A DNA stretch of 47,857 nucleotides from Candidatus Pacearchaeota archaeon (GTDB lineage: Archaea; Nanobdellota; Nanobdellia; Pacearchaeales; GW2011-AR1), in the NCBI GenBank assembly GCA_002731115.1, contig PBZO01000004.1, forward strand, positions 1-47,857. The letters run 5' to 3'. The notes beneath the pieces were generated by a model that did not search any database, was not told the DNA's origin, and saw nothing but the letters and a program-made list of their open reading frames with translations. Position numbers and translations under genes: made by a program. Positions within the stretch are counted from its first letter, which is position 1. Every line of letters starts with the position of its first letter. Shown here piece by piece: positions 1-7,918 of the stretch.

Positions 1-420
1 AAAAAATCTAAAATTAAGAAACCAACTAAAAAAGATTTTGAATTTAGTTATAGAATGATTGTTTATCCTTTGAGGATAAAAAAGCATTATGAAATATGTA
101 GCGCAAGAGACAATTTATTATTTTTTTCAGACTTAGCAAATCGCTCAATTGAAATTTTAATTAAACTTATTTATTCGTTAAATAAAAAAGAATATGTTTG
201 CATGAAATGGGCAAAAAATGATTTGAAAAAGTTCAAAATAAAACCAAAGGATTTTGACAATAGAATAAACAATCTTATTTTATCGGGTAATAAAAATAAA
301 GAGTTAAAAAATAAGATTTATGAAATCTATAACTTAGGAAGGGAAATATATAGATTGATTTTAAAACAATTTCCAGACATAAAAAAAATAAAGAATCATA
401 TTGACTGGATGGATAAATAA
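1..420 (+). CDS. hypothetical protein, C-terminal fragment (gene starts upstream of the window)
   Basis: Frame 1 has no stop from base 1 to the TAA at 418-420. The listed ORF 55-420 is only the part after an internal Met. No motif I can name. Confidence 0.4.
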   Translation, partial: KKSKIKKPTKKDFEFSYRMIVYPLRIKKHYEICSARDNLLFFSDLANRSIEILIKLIYSLNKKEYVCMKWAKNDLKKFKIKPKDFDNRINNLILSGNKNKELKNKIYEIYNLGREIYRLILKQFPDIKKIKNHIDWMDK

Positions 421-624
421 TAATTGGCGAAGCCGACTGTCTGTTTTCGTAGAAACCCGCGCGCTCCTTGTCTTTTGTTTTGACAATTTTATTTTCAACA
501 ATTTCGTTTAATCAGCGTGTTAAGTGAAATTTTAATTTCATTTTGGAGCGTTAAACGAAGATATCAAAATCAGAATTTTTGGTTTACCGACGCTGAGGAG
601 GAGATTGGAAATTGAAATGAACAA

Positions 625-655
625 CTATTAAGCGAATATTTATTTCGCTTAATAG
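625..655. repeat. perfect 12-7-12 inverted repeat (ctattaagcgaa / ttcgcttaatag) 56 nt upstream of the recombinase gene; a third direct copy of the aagcgaa arm lies at 672-678
   Basis: Read directly: ctattaagcgaa-tatttat-ttcgcttaatag. Function is not established (recombinase site, operator or terminator). Confidence 0.6.
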
Positions 656-710
656 TATCATCTAGTGCAAAAAGCGAACTTATTTAGACTTTAAACAATT
701 TCATAACTGT

Positions 711-1505
711 ATGGAAAAGAGTGGTAAAGATAATTACAAATTAATAGGTAAGCTTATTGAAGAAATAAAGCTTCGGAGATATTCATTTCAGACAGGAAAA
801 TCATACATTTCCATTGTTAAAGAATTTCTTAAGTCAGACTTAACTCCTAGGGAATTCTTATTGTCTTATACTTCTAAGAGTAAATCGACTATGAGGTCTG
901 CTTATTTTGCATTGAAGTTTTTTCATGAGAATGTTTTAGGAGAGGATTTCAAGGAAAAAATTCCTCTTGCTAGAAAATCATCAAAATTACCAATTGTTCT
1001 AAGTAGGGAAGAAGTCCATAAGATGATTGAAATTACGACAAACTTGAAACATCGTCTAGTGATGATGTTTTTGTATTATGCAGGTCTTCGTTTGGACGAG
1101 ACAAGAAACATCAAATGGAGCGATATTGATTTTGATAGAGAGATTATTCATCTTAAAACCGCAAAGGGAGACAAGGAAAGAAGAGTCTTTTTACATAAAC
1201 GATTAATCGAGAGTCTTGAAAGTATTGGAATAAAAGAAAGTGGTTGGATATTTTTTTCACAAAGAGGAAGCAAATACAATAAAAGAACAATTCAACAAAT
1301 TGTAAAAAATGCTTCTAGAAAAGTTGGAATAAAGAAAAACACTACACCTCACACTTTGAGACACAGTTTCGCTACACATTTACTTGAATCGGGAGCAGAT
1401 ATTAGGTATATTCAGCAGCTACTTGGACATAAAGACTTGAAAACAACCCAAATTTATACTCATGTAGCTAATAAAGATATAAAAAATTTAGCAGAATTGT
1501 TATAA
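711..1505 (+). CDS. tyrosine recombinase / integrase (XerA/XerC/XerD-like)
   Basis: Catalytic signature is present: AGLRLDE (Arg I), HTLRHSFATHLL (H-x-x-R), LLGH, and TQIYTHV (nucleophile Tyr). The N-terminal SAM-like core-binding domain is also present. Confidence 0.9.
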   Translation: MEKSGKDNYKLIGKLIEEIKLRRYSFQTGKSYISIVKEFLKSDLTPREFLLSYTSKSKSTMRSAYFALKFFHENVLGEDFKEKIPLARKSSKLPIVLSREEVHKMIEITTNLKHRLVMMFLYYAGLRLDETRNIKWSDIDFDREIIHLKTAKGDKERRVFLHKRLIESLESIGIKESGWIFFSQRGSKYNKRTIQQIVKNASRKVGIKKNTTPHTLRHSFATHLLESGADIRYIQQLLGHKDLKTTQIYTHVANKDIKNLAELL

Positions 1506-1591
1506 ATCTTAAACCTTAATCCAGGAACTTACTCGTTCCTAAAATCAAAACTCCCGTTAACTTAACAATGCACGGAAATATCTGGGAAAAG

Positions 1592-3640
1592 TTAACTTTC
1601 AACAACAGAAATTCCATTTTCTTTCCTGAATTTTATTACATTTTCAACAAAACTCTCTATTTTCTGCTCATGACTTACAATTATCAATTGCTTTACATTT
1701 AATTGCTGTAAAATATCCCTCATCTTATCCAATTGCTGATCAGAAAATCCATCTGTTGGTTCATCTAAGATAACAATGTCTCTTGTTTTTATTTTACTTA
1801 AAAGAGAATTAATAACTCTATTAAGAGAAAATCTATAAGCTAAGGCAATAGCTGTTCTTTCTCCTCCAGATAAATAGGAATAATCCAGTTCATAATCCTG
1901 CTGTTCTATTATTGGAGTAAAATCATCACTAAGTCTTATATTAAATGAATCTGAAACAAGCATGCAAAACCATTCTTCAAATAACTTTAGAAATTCTTTC
2001 CTAAGTTTAATCATTACATTTTTCTCAATAAAAGAGATAAGGGGCATAAACTTTTTTGTTAACCAATCTTCTAACTCAATAAGATAATTTAGCTTTTCTT
2101 TTACTTCTTCTGTTTTTTTTACTCTTTCCTTTAACTCTTCTATTTGTTTTGAAAAAACATCTATTTCTTTTTTTAATTCTGCTACATTTATCTCTACTAA
2201 TCTTTCTTGTTTTAAAGCTTCTTCTAGTTCTTTTTGTTTTGTTTCATAGATTAAATCAAATTTACTTAATTCAAAAACAGATGTCTTTAACGTGTCTTTA
2301 TGTTGATCTAAAAAATCTATATCTTTCTTAAGAGAAATATTTAGATTTTCAATATCCTTTAATCTACTTTGCTTTTCGTGAATCCCTTGGTATTTAATTT
2401 TTAGAATACTTAATTCTTGTATTTTCTTCTCATTTACAGAAGTCTCATTATGTATTTTCATTGCTTTCTCATAAATCTCTTTTTTCACTTGTTCTAAATT
2501 CTCTAATTTACTCTTATTTTCTGCTATATCCGAATGTGATTTATTTAAAACATTTGCTCTATAAACTGCCTCAACATTTTGCAAACAAGTTGGACAGATT
2601 TCTAAGTTAGAAATTTTCTGTTCTAACTTTTTAAGTTCATCTATTCTTAAATTAAAAGAGCTAATTTTTGAACTAATGTCCAAATTATTATTATCTAATT
2701 TCACTCTTTCTTCTTTCAAGAGTTTTATCTCTTGTTCTAATTGAAGTATTTGTGACTCATCAAATTTTATATTCTGTAATTCTTCTATCTGATTTCTTAA
2801 TTGTTCTATTATCTTTACATTGCTCGATATAGTTTCATCTTTATTTGAAATCATTATCTTTGTTTTTTCTACTTCTTGTTGAAATTTTATCTTTTCTTCT
2901 CTCTTTAAAGACACTTCTTCTCTTTCTTCTTGGATTTTCTTTCTTAATTCTGTTTTTGAGAGAAAATCTTTCTCAACCAAGATTAAATTAGAATATTTCT
3001 TTTCAAGATCAATTTCTTTTGATAATAAGTTTGATTTATCTTGTTCAAGACTTTCAGTAAATCCTTCTTTTCTTCTTTTTTCTTCTCTTATCCTAAGAAT
3101 TATTGTTAATGCATTCTCTAGGATTTTTTTATATCTATCAATTCCAAAAACATGCCTTAAGGTATTTATTCTTGTCCTTGAATCTTGTAATATAATTTGT
3201 TTCATCTCTTCTTGGGGAGTATAAACCGTGAATTTGTATAAGATATTTTGTTTTTTTGAGAATTCCTTGGGATAATTTAATAATTCAAGAACTTGATTTT
3301 TAAGTTCTATTACAGATATTTCTTTTTTTTCTTTATTAATTGTAATTGCACAATAATCTTGTGAAACTGTCTTTGCTTTTTTTAGTGTTCTTTCAATTAT
3401 AATATCTTTTTTATCAATATCAAGTTCTATTATTACTCCTCCTTCTTTTGTCCCATTTCTCAATAAGGAGGAACCTCTCTGTCCAGGTTGCAATCCAAAT
3501 AATGCAAATTCTACCCCTAAAAGAATTGAAGTTTTTCCAGAACCAATATCTCCCGATAATAAAGTAGAACCCTCTGGGAAATCAATTTCTTGATGTTCAT
3601 AACTTCGTATATTATTTAGAGTTATTTTTTTCAGTCTCAT
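1592..3640 (-). CDS. rad50: Rad50 DNA double-strand break repair ATPase (short coiled-coil version, 682 aa)
   Basis: Walker A GDIGSGKTS, zinc hook CPTC in the middle of a long K/E-rich coiled coil, signature LSGGERT, Walker B VILDEPT. The start lies 1 nt after the mre11 stop. Confidence 0.9.
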   Translation of the reverse strand: MRLKKITLNNIRSYEHQEIDFPEGSTLLSGDIGSGKTSILLGVEFALFGLQPGQRGSSLLRNGTKEGGVIIELDIDKKDIIIERTLKKAKTVSQDYCAITINKEKKEISVIELKNQVLELLNYPKEFSKKQNILYKFTVYTPQEEMKQIILQDSRTRINTLRHVFGIDRYKKILENALTIILRIREEKRRKEGFTESLEQDKSNLLSKEIDLEKKYSNLILVEKDFLSKTELRKKIQEEREEVSLKREEKIKFQQEVEKTKIMISNKDETISSNVKIIEQLRNQIEELQNIKFDESQILQLEQEIKLLKEERVKLDNNNLDISSKISSFNLRIDELKKLEQKISNLEICPTCLQNVEAVYRANVLNKSHSDIAENKSKLENLEQVKKEIYEKAMKIHNETSVNEKKIQELSILKIKYQGIHEKQSRLKDIENLNISLKKDIDFLDQHKDTLKTSVFELSKFDLIYETKQKELEEALKQERLVEINVAELKKEIDVFSKQIEELKERVKKTEEVKEKLNYLIELEDWLTKKFMPLISFIEKNVMIKLRKEFLKLFEEWFCMLVSDSFNIRLSDDFTPIIEQQDYELDYSYLSGGERTAIALAYRFSLNRVINSLLSKIKTRDIVILDEPTDGFSDQQLDKMRDILQQLNVKQLIIVSHEQKIESFVENVIKFRKENGISVVES

Positions 3641-3641
3641 C

Positions 3642-4802
3642 TTAAAACCTCAAAACTTTCTTAGATTCTTCTAGCAAACGCTTCTCAAATGTTTCGTTTT
3701 TCTCATCTTCTTGTTTTTCTATTTGCAAGGTATTCATTAATTGTGATATTAATTTATTAAAATCAGAAGGATTTTTCTCTGAATAGATATTTATTGCTTC
3801 TTCTTCTATATTTTCAGGGTTTTTTATTTCAACTTCTAGCTCAAATTCTTTTGTTTTCAAATCATGAGTATTTCTTAGTGAGAAATATGCATTTTTCTGC
3901 TTTGCAAATTCTTCTATCTGGGAAAATTTTATATCTGAGCTTTTTCCACTTTCTAATTCCCCACTAATTCTTAAGAGAACAATTTTATCATCTATATCCC
4001 TCTTATCTAATTCGGAGATTATCTTCTCAGTTGCAAGAGTTGTATTTGTTATTTTGATTGAAATTAGAACAACTTCCTTAATTTTTAACTCTATTTTCTT
4101 TAATGAATCATTTAAGCTAGTATCAACAATATAAAAACTTCCATGTTTCAAATCTTCAAGTTCTTGAAAATTATTAGGAAATATCGGACCAGGATAAATA
4201 AAATTATTATATTGAAAATCTATATGTAAATGTCCTAAGGCATAATAATCTGCTTTTGGGAGCATATCTGTTTCTATAGAGTCTATGGGTAAAGTCCCTC
4301 TTGCCTTATCAAGTGTTGTATGAAGCATAAGAATCTTAAACATCCCTGGAGAATCATTTAATTTTATTTTTCTTAAATCATTTATTTCTAAACTAGCTTT
4401 TTTCCCTGGATATCCATATAATGCAACTCCCTCATGAATTGTAGGGTTTAATATTATTGAATTTTCTGTCTCTTCAAAGTTTTCAATATTCTTACAAAAT
4501 CCTGCTTTTTCTAGAACATCTAAAAATGTTTTTCCTGAAACAGAATAATCATGTGAACCTGCAATAATAAAACATGGAAGTCTTGCATCTTTAAATCTTT
4601 TAAATTCAGCAAAAGTTTTCTTAAGAATTTCAATATCAGGATATGCCGAATCAAATAAATCACCTGCAATAATTACAAAGTCTAGTTTCTCATTTATACA
4701 AATATCAACTGCTTTTTTAAATGACTGAAAATTCAAATCTTGTAGTGGCTGTTGTTTCCATCCACCTAAATGAACATCAGCAATATGTGCAAATCTCACC
4801 AT
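3642..4802 (-). CDS. mre11: Mre11 nuclease (calcineurin-like phosphoesterase)
   Basis: Motifs HIADVHLG, GDLFD, GSHD, MLHT and GHLH. I place the start at the Met of MVRFAHIADVHLG (ATG at 4802-4800) rather than the track start at 4913. Confidence 0.85.
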   Translation of the reverse strand: MVRFAHIADVHLGGWKQQPLQDLNFQSFKKAVDICINEKLDFVIIAGDLFDSAYPDIEILKKTFAEFKRFKDARLPCFIIAGSHDYSVSGKTFLDVLEKAGFCKNIENFEETENSIILNPTIHEGVALYGYPGKKASLEINDLRKIKLNDSPGMFKILMLHTTLDKARGTLPIDSIETDMLPKADYYALGHLHIDFQYNNFIYPGPIFPNNFQELEDLKHGSFYIVDTSLNDSLKKIELKIKEVVLISIKITNTTLATEKIISELDKRDIDDKIVLLRISGELESGKSSDIKFSQIEEFAKQKNAYFSLRNTHDLKTKEFELEVEIKNPENIEEEAINIYSEKNPSDFNKLISQLMNTLQIEKQEDEKNETFEKRLLEESKKVLRF

Positions 4803-4872
4803 TTTTAATTGAAAAAACTTATAATTTCTGAAAAAGAAAAGCATATATAAAGATTGTTGAGGTATAAATAAA

Positions 4873-5238
4873 GTGAAATTGAGGTATATTCTTCCAATAA
4901 GTGCAGTAATCACATTTGCAGTATTTAAAACAAATTCAATAGTCTTAGATAGTATAAAATTAATTAATAAATATTATATGGAATGTAAAACCAAATATAC
5001 TCAGGATGTAACAATACATCATTATAAAAGAAATCCTAGAGGATTAGTTTTGACAGCTACAAGATTAGGAGCTAATAAGCCCTTTGTTTATTTCTTTGAA
5101 AATAGATTTACTCACATTGATAATGGTCTGAATGAAGGAGGTTTTAAAGAAGGACTTCCTGAAGATGGGAAAATAGAAAGAAAAAAGAAGGGATTAGTAG
5201 AGATATGCAATGAACTCCCTTCAGGCATTTTATTATAA
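4873..5238 (+). CDS. hypothetical small protein with N-terminal hydrophobic segment
   Basis: ORF with a GTG start in the gap between mre11 and the methyltransferase gene. No recognisable motif. Confidence 0.3.
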   Translation: MKLRYILPISAVITFAVFKTNSIVLDSIKLINKYYMECKTKYTQDVTIHHYKRNPRGLVLTATRLGANKPFVYFFENRFTHIDNGLNEGGFKEGLPEDGKIERKKKGLVEICNELPSGILL

Positions 5239-5244
5239 GTAATA

Positions 5245-5781
5245 TTAATTAGAAAGCTCTAAGATATATAATTCTTCATAAAAAAATTTTCTCTTTTTTA
5301 GTAATTTTTTCATATAATTATCAAATTTAACTCCTTTAGTTAATGAACTTATTAGTAATAGTATTTTCCCATTCTTATTTAGATGATATTTTGCCTGTTT
5401 TAAAAATCTATTAATTATCTCACTACCTGTTTTCCCTCCAGTTGTTGAAATTCTAGAATTTTCAGGTTCTTTCTTGTTTTCAGGCAAATATGGAGGATTA
5501 AATATAATTAAATCAAATTTACCTTCTATATTATTGAATAAATCTGATTTTATACAATTAAATCCAAGTTTTTTGCAATGTTTAACTGCAGTATAGTTTA
5601 TATCACATGAATAAATATATTTTACTCCTAAATCTCTTGCTGTTTTTAATTGAATTCCAGAACCGGCTCCAATCTCTAAGAATTTTAGATTTGGATTGCT
5701 AATTAAAAGTTTTGGAATTTGCTCTTTTAAAACTTTGGATAATAAAAAAGAATCATCTAGAGGACTATAAATCTCAGACAT
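5245..5781 (-). CDS. class I SAM-dependent methyltransferase, HemK/Mtq2-like (N5-glutamine type NPPY motif)
   Basis: SAM motif EIGAGSG and catalytic FNPPY. The ATG at 5781 (MSEIYSPLDDSF) avoids overlap with the upstream gene; the track start at 5799 is a TTG. Confidence 0.7.
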   Translation of the reverse strand: MSEIYSPLDDSFLLSKVLKEQIPKLLISNPNLKFLEIGAGSGIQLKTARDLGVKYIYSCDINYTAVKHCKKLGFNCIKSDLFNNIEGKFDLIIFNPPYLPENKKEPENSRISTTGGKTGSEIINRFLKQAKYHLNKNGKILLLISSLTKGVKFDNYMKKLLKKRKFFYEELYILELSN

Positions 5782-5782
5782 T

Positions 5783-6160
5783 TTAGAAAAATTTACCAAG
5801 TAATTCTGTTAATTCCTCTCTTAATAAAAAAAGTCCTATTATAAGGCCTAATAAAATAAGTAAAATTATTGCTAAGACAAATATCCATATTTTTCTTTTT
5901 GGTTTTTCTGGAGTTTGTTTATAGTCTGAAACTTTCTGAATTGACTTTCTCTCTTTAGGAACTCCTATTTCTTCTTTAGGAGGTTCCTCTTGTCTTAATG
6001 GTTGTTTTTGATTTTCAATCTTATTTTTTTGTAAATCTCTTGCAGCTTCTTCTATTTCTCCTTTTTTATACCCTGCATTATAGAAACTCTGCATTGCTTG
6101 TCTAAGAGATTCTCCTTTTGATACGGCTGATTTTAAACCTTCTAAAATATCTTCTTTCAT
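5783..6160 (-). CDS. hypothetical tail-anchored membrane protein
   Basis: Charged N-terminal part followed by one C-terminal TM helix (IWIFVLAIILLILLGLIIGLFLL). It sits between the RNase J and methyltransferase genes on the same strand. Confidence 0.45.
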   Translation of the reverse strand: MKEDILEGLKSAVSKGESLRQAMQSFYNAGYKKGEIEEAARDLQKNKIENQKQPLRQEEPPKEEIGVPKERKSIQKVSDYKQTPEKPKRKIWIFVLAIILLILLGLIIGLFLLREELTELLGKFF

Positions 6161-6166
6161 TTTAAT

Positions 6167-7516
6167 TTAAAATTTCAAAACTTGTCCATTTGAAGTTAAA
6201 TGTGAAGTTTCTCTAGGTTTATAACCAAACTCTTTTGCTAATTCCATCATTGGAGAAATCAACTCAATTGACCCATGAGCAGGAATTATATGTTTTGGCT
6301 TTACTAAATCTAAATGCTCTCTTAAATCTTCTCTGCTTCCATGGCCATGAACATGAACATCTGTTTGTATTTTTACTCCTTGTTTTCTTAATCTCTTATC
6401 CATTCTTTCACGAGCAAGAATATTTGCAGGTGTTGGGATAGTGCTTGAAGAAAATATTAAATTATCCCCTGGTTTAAAATTAAAAGGAGTATTCCCTTTT
6501 GAAATTCTATCAAGAATTGAATTTTCTTCTGCTTGATGTCCGGTACACACAATCAAATATCTTTTCCTATCCTTTTCAACTTTTCTTAAGAATGAATTTA
6601 TTTGATTTCTATATTTTAATAAGATTATCTTTTTTCTAAAAGGGCAAAGTCTAACTTCAATTGCAGAATTTACATATTTATTAAGACTTCTCCCTAAAAA
6701 TACTATTCTTCTATTGGTCTTTCTCCCAAATTCAACAATATTGTTTAATCTTTCAATATGGGACGAGAAAGTTGTAATAAATAATGCTGAATTTTTATTT
6801 CTTGCTTTTGAGAATGCCTCTTCGAGTAAATGTTTTGCAATCATCTCTCCACCTGGTTTTTTCTCAGTTCTAGAGTAAAGTGCATCCATGACAAGAACTT
6901 TTACTCCTTTTCTTCCTAATTCCCTCATTTTCTTATAATTTGGAGGTCTTCCGAAAGTTGGATAATTATCAAATTTCATATCTAACCCATAAAAGAATAT
7001 CCCTTCTTTCGTATGAAGTGCTGGAAAAGTACATTGTATTGTTGAATGAGTTGTGTGAATAAAATCAATCTTATAATTATCACTTTTTCCTCTAATTATT
7101 TGTGTTGAATTTGGATTTGCAACTCTTATTTTATTTCTTATATTAATTTTATCATCTTTTAGAATTGAATTTAATACGCTTATTGTAAAAGGAGATCCTA
7201 TTATCTCTGCTTGAGGATATCTATATGCTACATAAGGTATTCCTCCCAGATGATCTAGATGTGCATGACTAATAATTATTGCTCTTACTTTATCTCTCCA
7301 ACCCAATTTATCAAGTATCCTATCGTTAGGAATTGCGCCTACTCTTCTTAAATCTTTTTCAGAACGATCTTGCTGTTTTGGATTTTCACTTCCTTGCAAT
7401 TCAATTACAGCAGGTAGATGTAATCCTATATCAAAAATAAAAACATCTTCTCCTGTCTTTACAGCAGTCATATTTTTTCCTACTTCTTCAAATCCTCCAA
7501 TTGTACATATTTCCAT
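6167..7516 (-). CDS. rnj: archaeal RNase J-like beta-CASP metallo-beta-lactamase ribonuclease
   Basis: SHAHLDHLGG (HxHxDH) motif, beta-CASP-like middle part, C-terminal HVHGH/AHG. The size of about 449 aa is typical of archaeal RNase J. Confidence 0.8.
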   Translation of the reverse strand: MEICTIGGFEEVGKNMTAVKTGEDVFIFDIGLHLPAVIELQGSENPKQQDRSEKDLRRVGAIPNDRILDKLGWRDKVRAIIISHAHLDHLGGIPYVAYRYPQAEIIGSPFTISVLNSILKDDKINIRNKIRVANPNSTQIIRGKSDNYKIDFIHTTHSTIQCTFPALHTKEGIFFYGLDMKFDNYPTFGRPPNYKKMRELGRKGVKVLVMDALYSRTEKKPGGEMIAKHLLEEAFSKARNKNSALFITTFSSHIERLNNIVEFGRKTNRRIVFLGRSLNKYVNSAIEVRLCPFRKKIILLKYRNQINSFLRKVEKDRKRYLIVCTGHQAEENSILDRISKGNTPFNFKPGDNLIFSSSTIPTPANILARERMDKRLRKQGVKIQTDVHVHGHGSREDLREHLDLVKPKHIIPAHGSIELISPMMELAKEFGYKPRETSHLTSNGQVLKF

Positions 7517-7603
7517 TTCTATTTCTCTTTTTTATTACTAAACTAATCTAAGTTTAAAAATGCTTTTAGAAAAGTTTTTATGTTAAGATATTCTTGAATT
7601 TTC

Positions 7604-7918
7604 ATGAAGAGGATAAAAAGAGTGATTAATTATAAGATAATATCTTTAATAATATTGATAGTTATCGCAATATATTTCATCGCAGATAAGAAAATAGAAG
7701 AATCAAGTGAATGTCAAACCGACTCTGATTGCGTTAAAGTTCAAACAACTTGTTGTTCTTGTAATAGTGGTGGTGAAGAAAAATGTGTTGCAAAAAAAGA
7801 AGTTGAATATCATGAAAGACAATTAGAAAATTGTTCTAAAGACTCTTTTTGTATTTCTATGTATGCTTGTAATATTAAATCTTGTGGGTGTATTAATGGA
7901 GAATGTATAGGGAAATAA
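7604..7918 (+). CDS. small membrane-anchored cysteine-rich protein
   Basis: N-terminal TM helix followed by about 70 residues with many Cys (TTCCSCNSGGEEKC, SCGCINGECIGK). The 3' end overlaps the start of the subtilase gene by 16 nt. Confidence 0.55.
   Translation: MKRIKRVINYKIISLIILIVIAIYFIADKKIEESSECQTDSDCVKVQTTCCSCNSGGEEKCVAKKEVEYHERQLENCSKDSFCISMYACNIKSCGCINGECIGK

Noticed and set aside
421-560. Possible tRNA or tRNA fragment as an integrase attachment site
   Set aside because: I looked on both strands for GTTCRANYC T-loop and acceptor-stem complementarity around the GC-rich stretch and found none.
2149-2331. Plus-strand 60-aa ORF inside rad50, and similar short antisense ORFs (6235-6441, 7893-8183, 8285-8616, 13008-13349, 14634-15035, 15085-15618, 16381-16871, 17022-17300 and others)
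   Set aside because: All are nested in, or antisense to, well-supported genes. They have Leu/Phe/Ser/Ile-dominated compositions typical of shadow frames in AT-rich coding DNA.
4803-4913. 37-codon N-terminal extension of the mre11 track ORF
   Set aside because: The extension (MITALIGRIYLNFTLFIPQQ...) is hydrophobic junk overlapping the divergent promoter region. The Met directly preceding the conserved VRFAHIADVHLG motif is the natural start.
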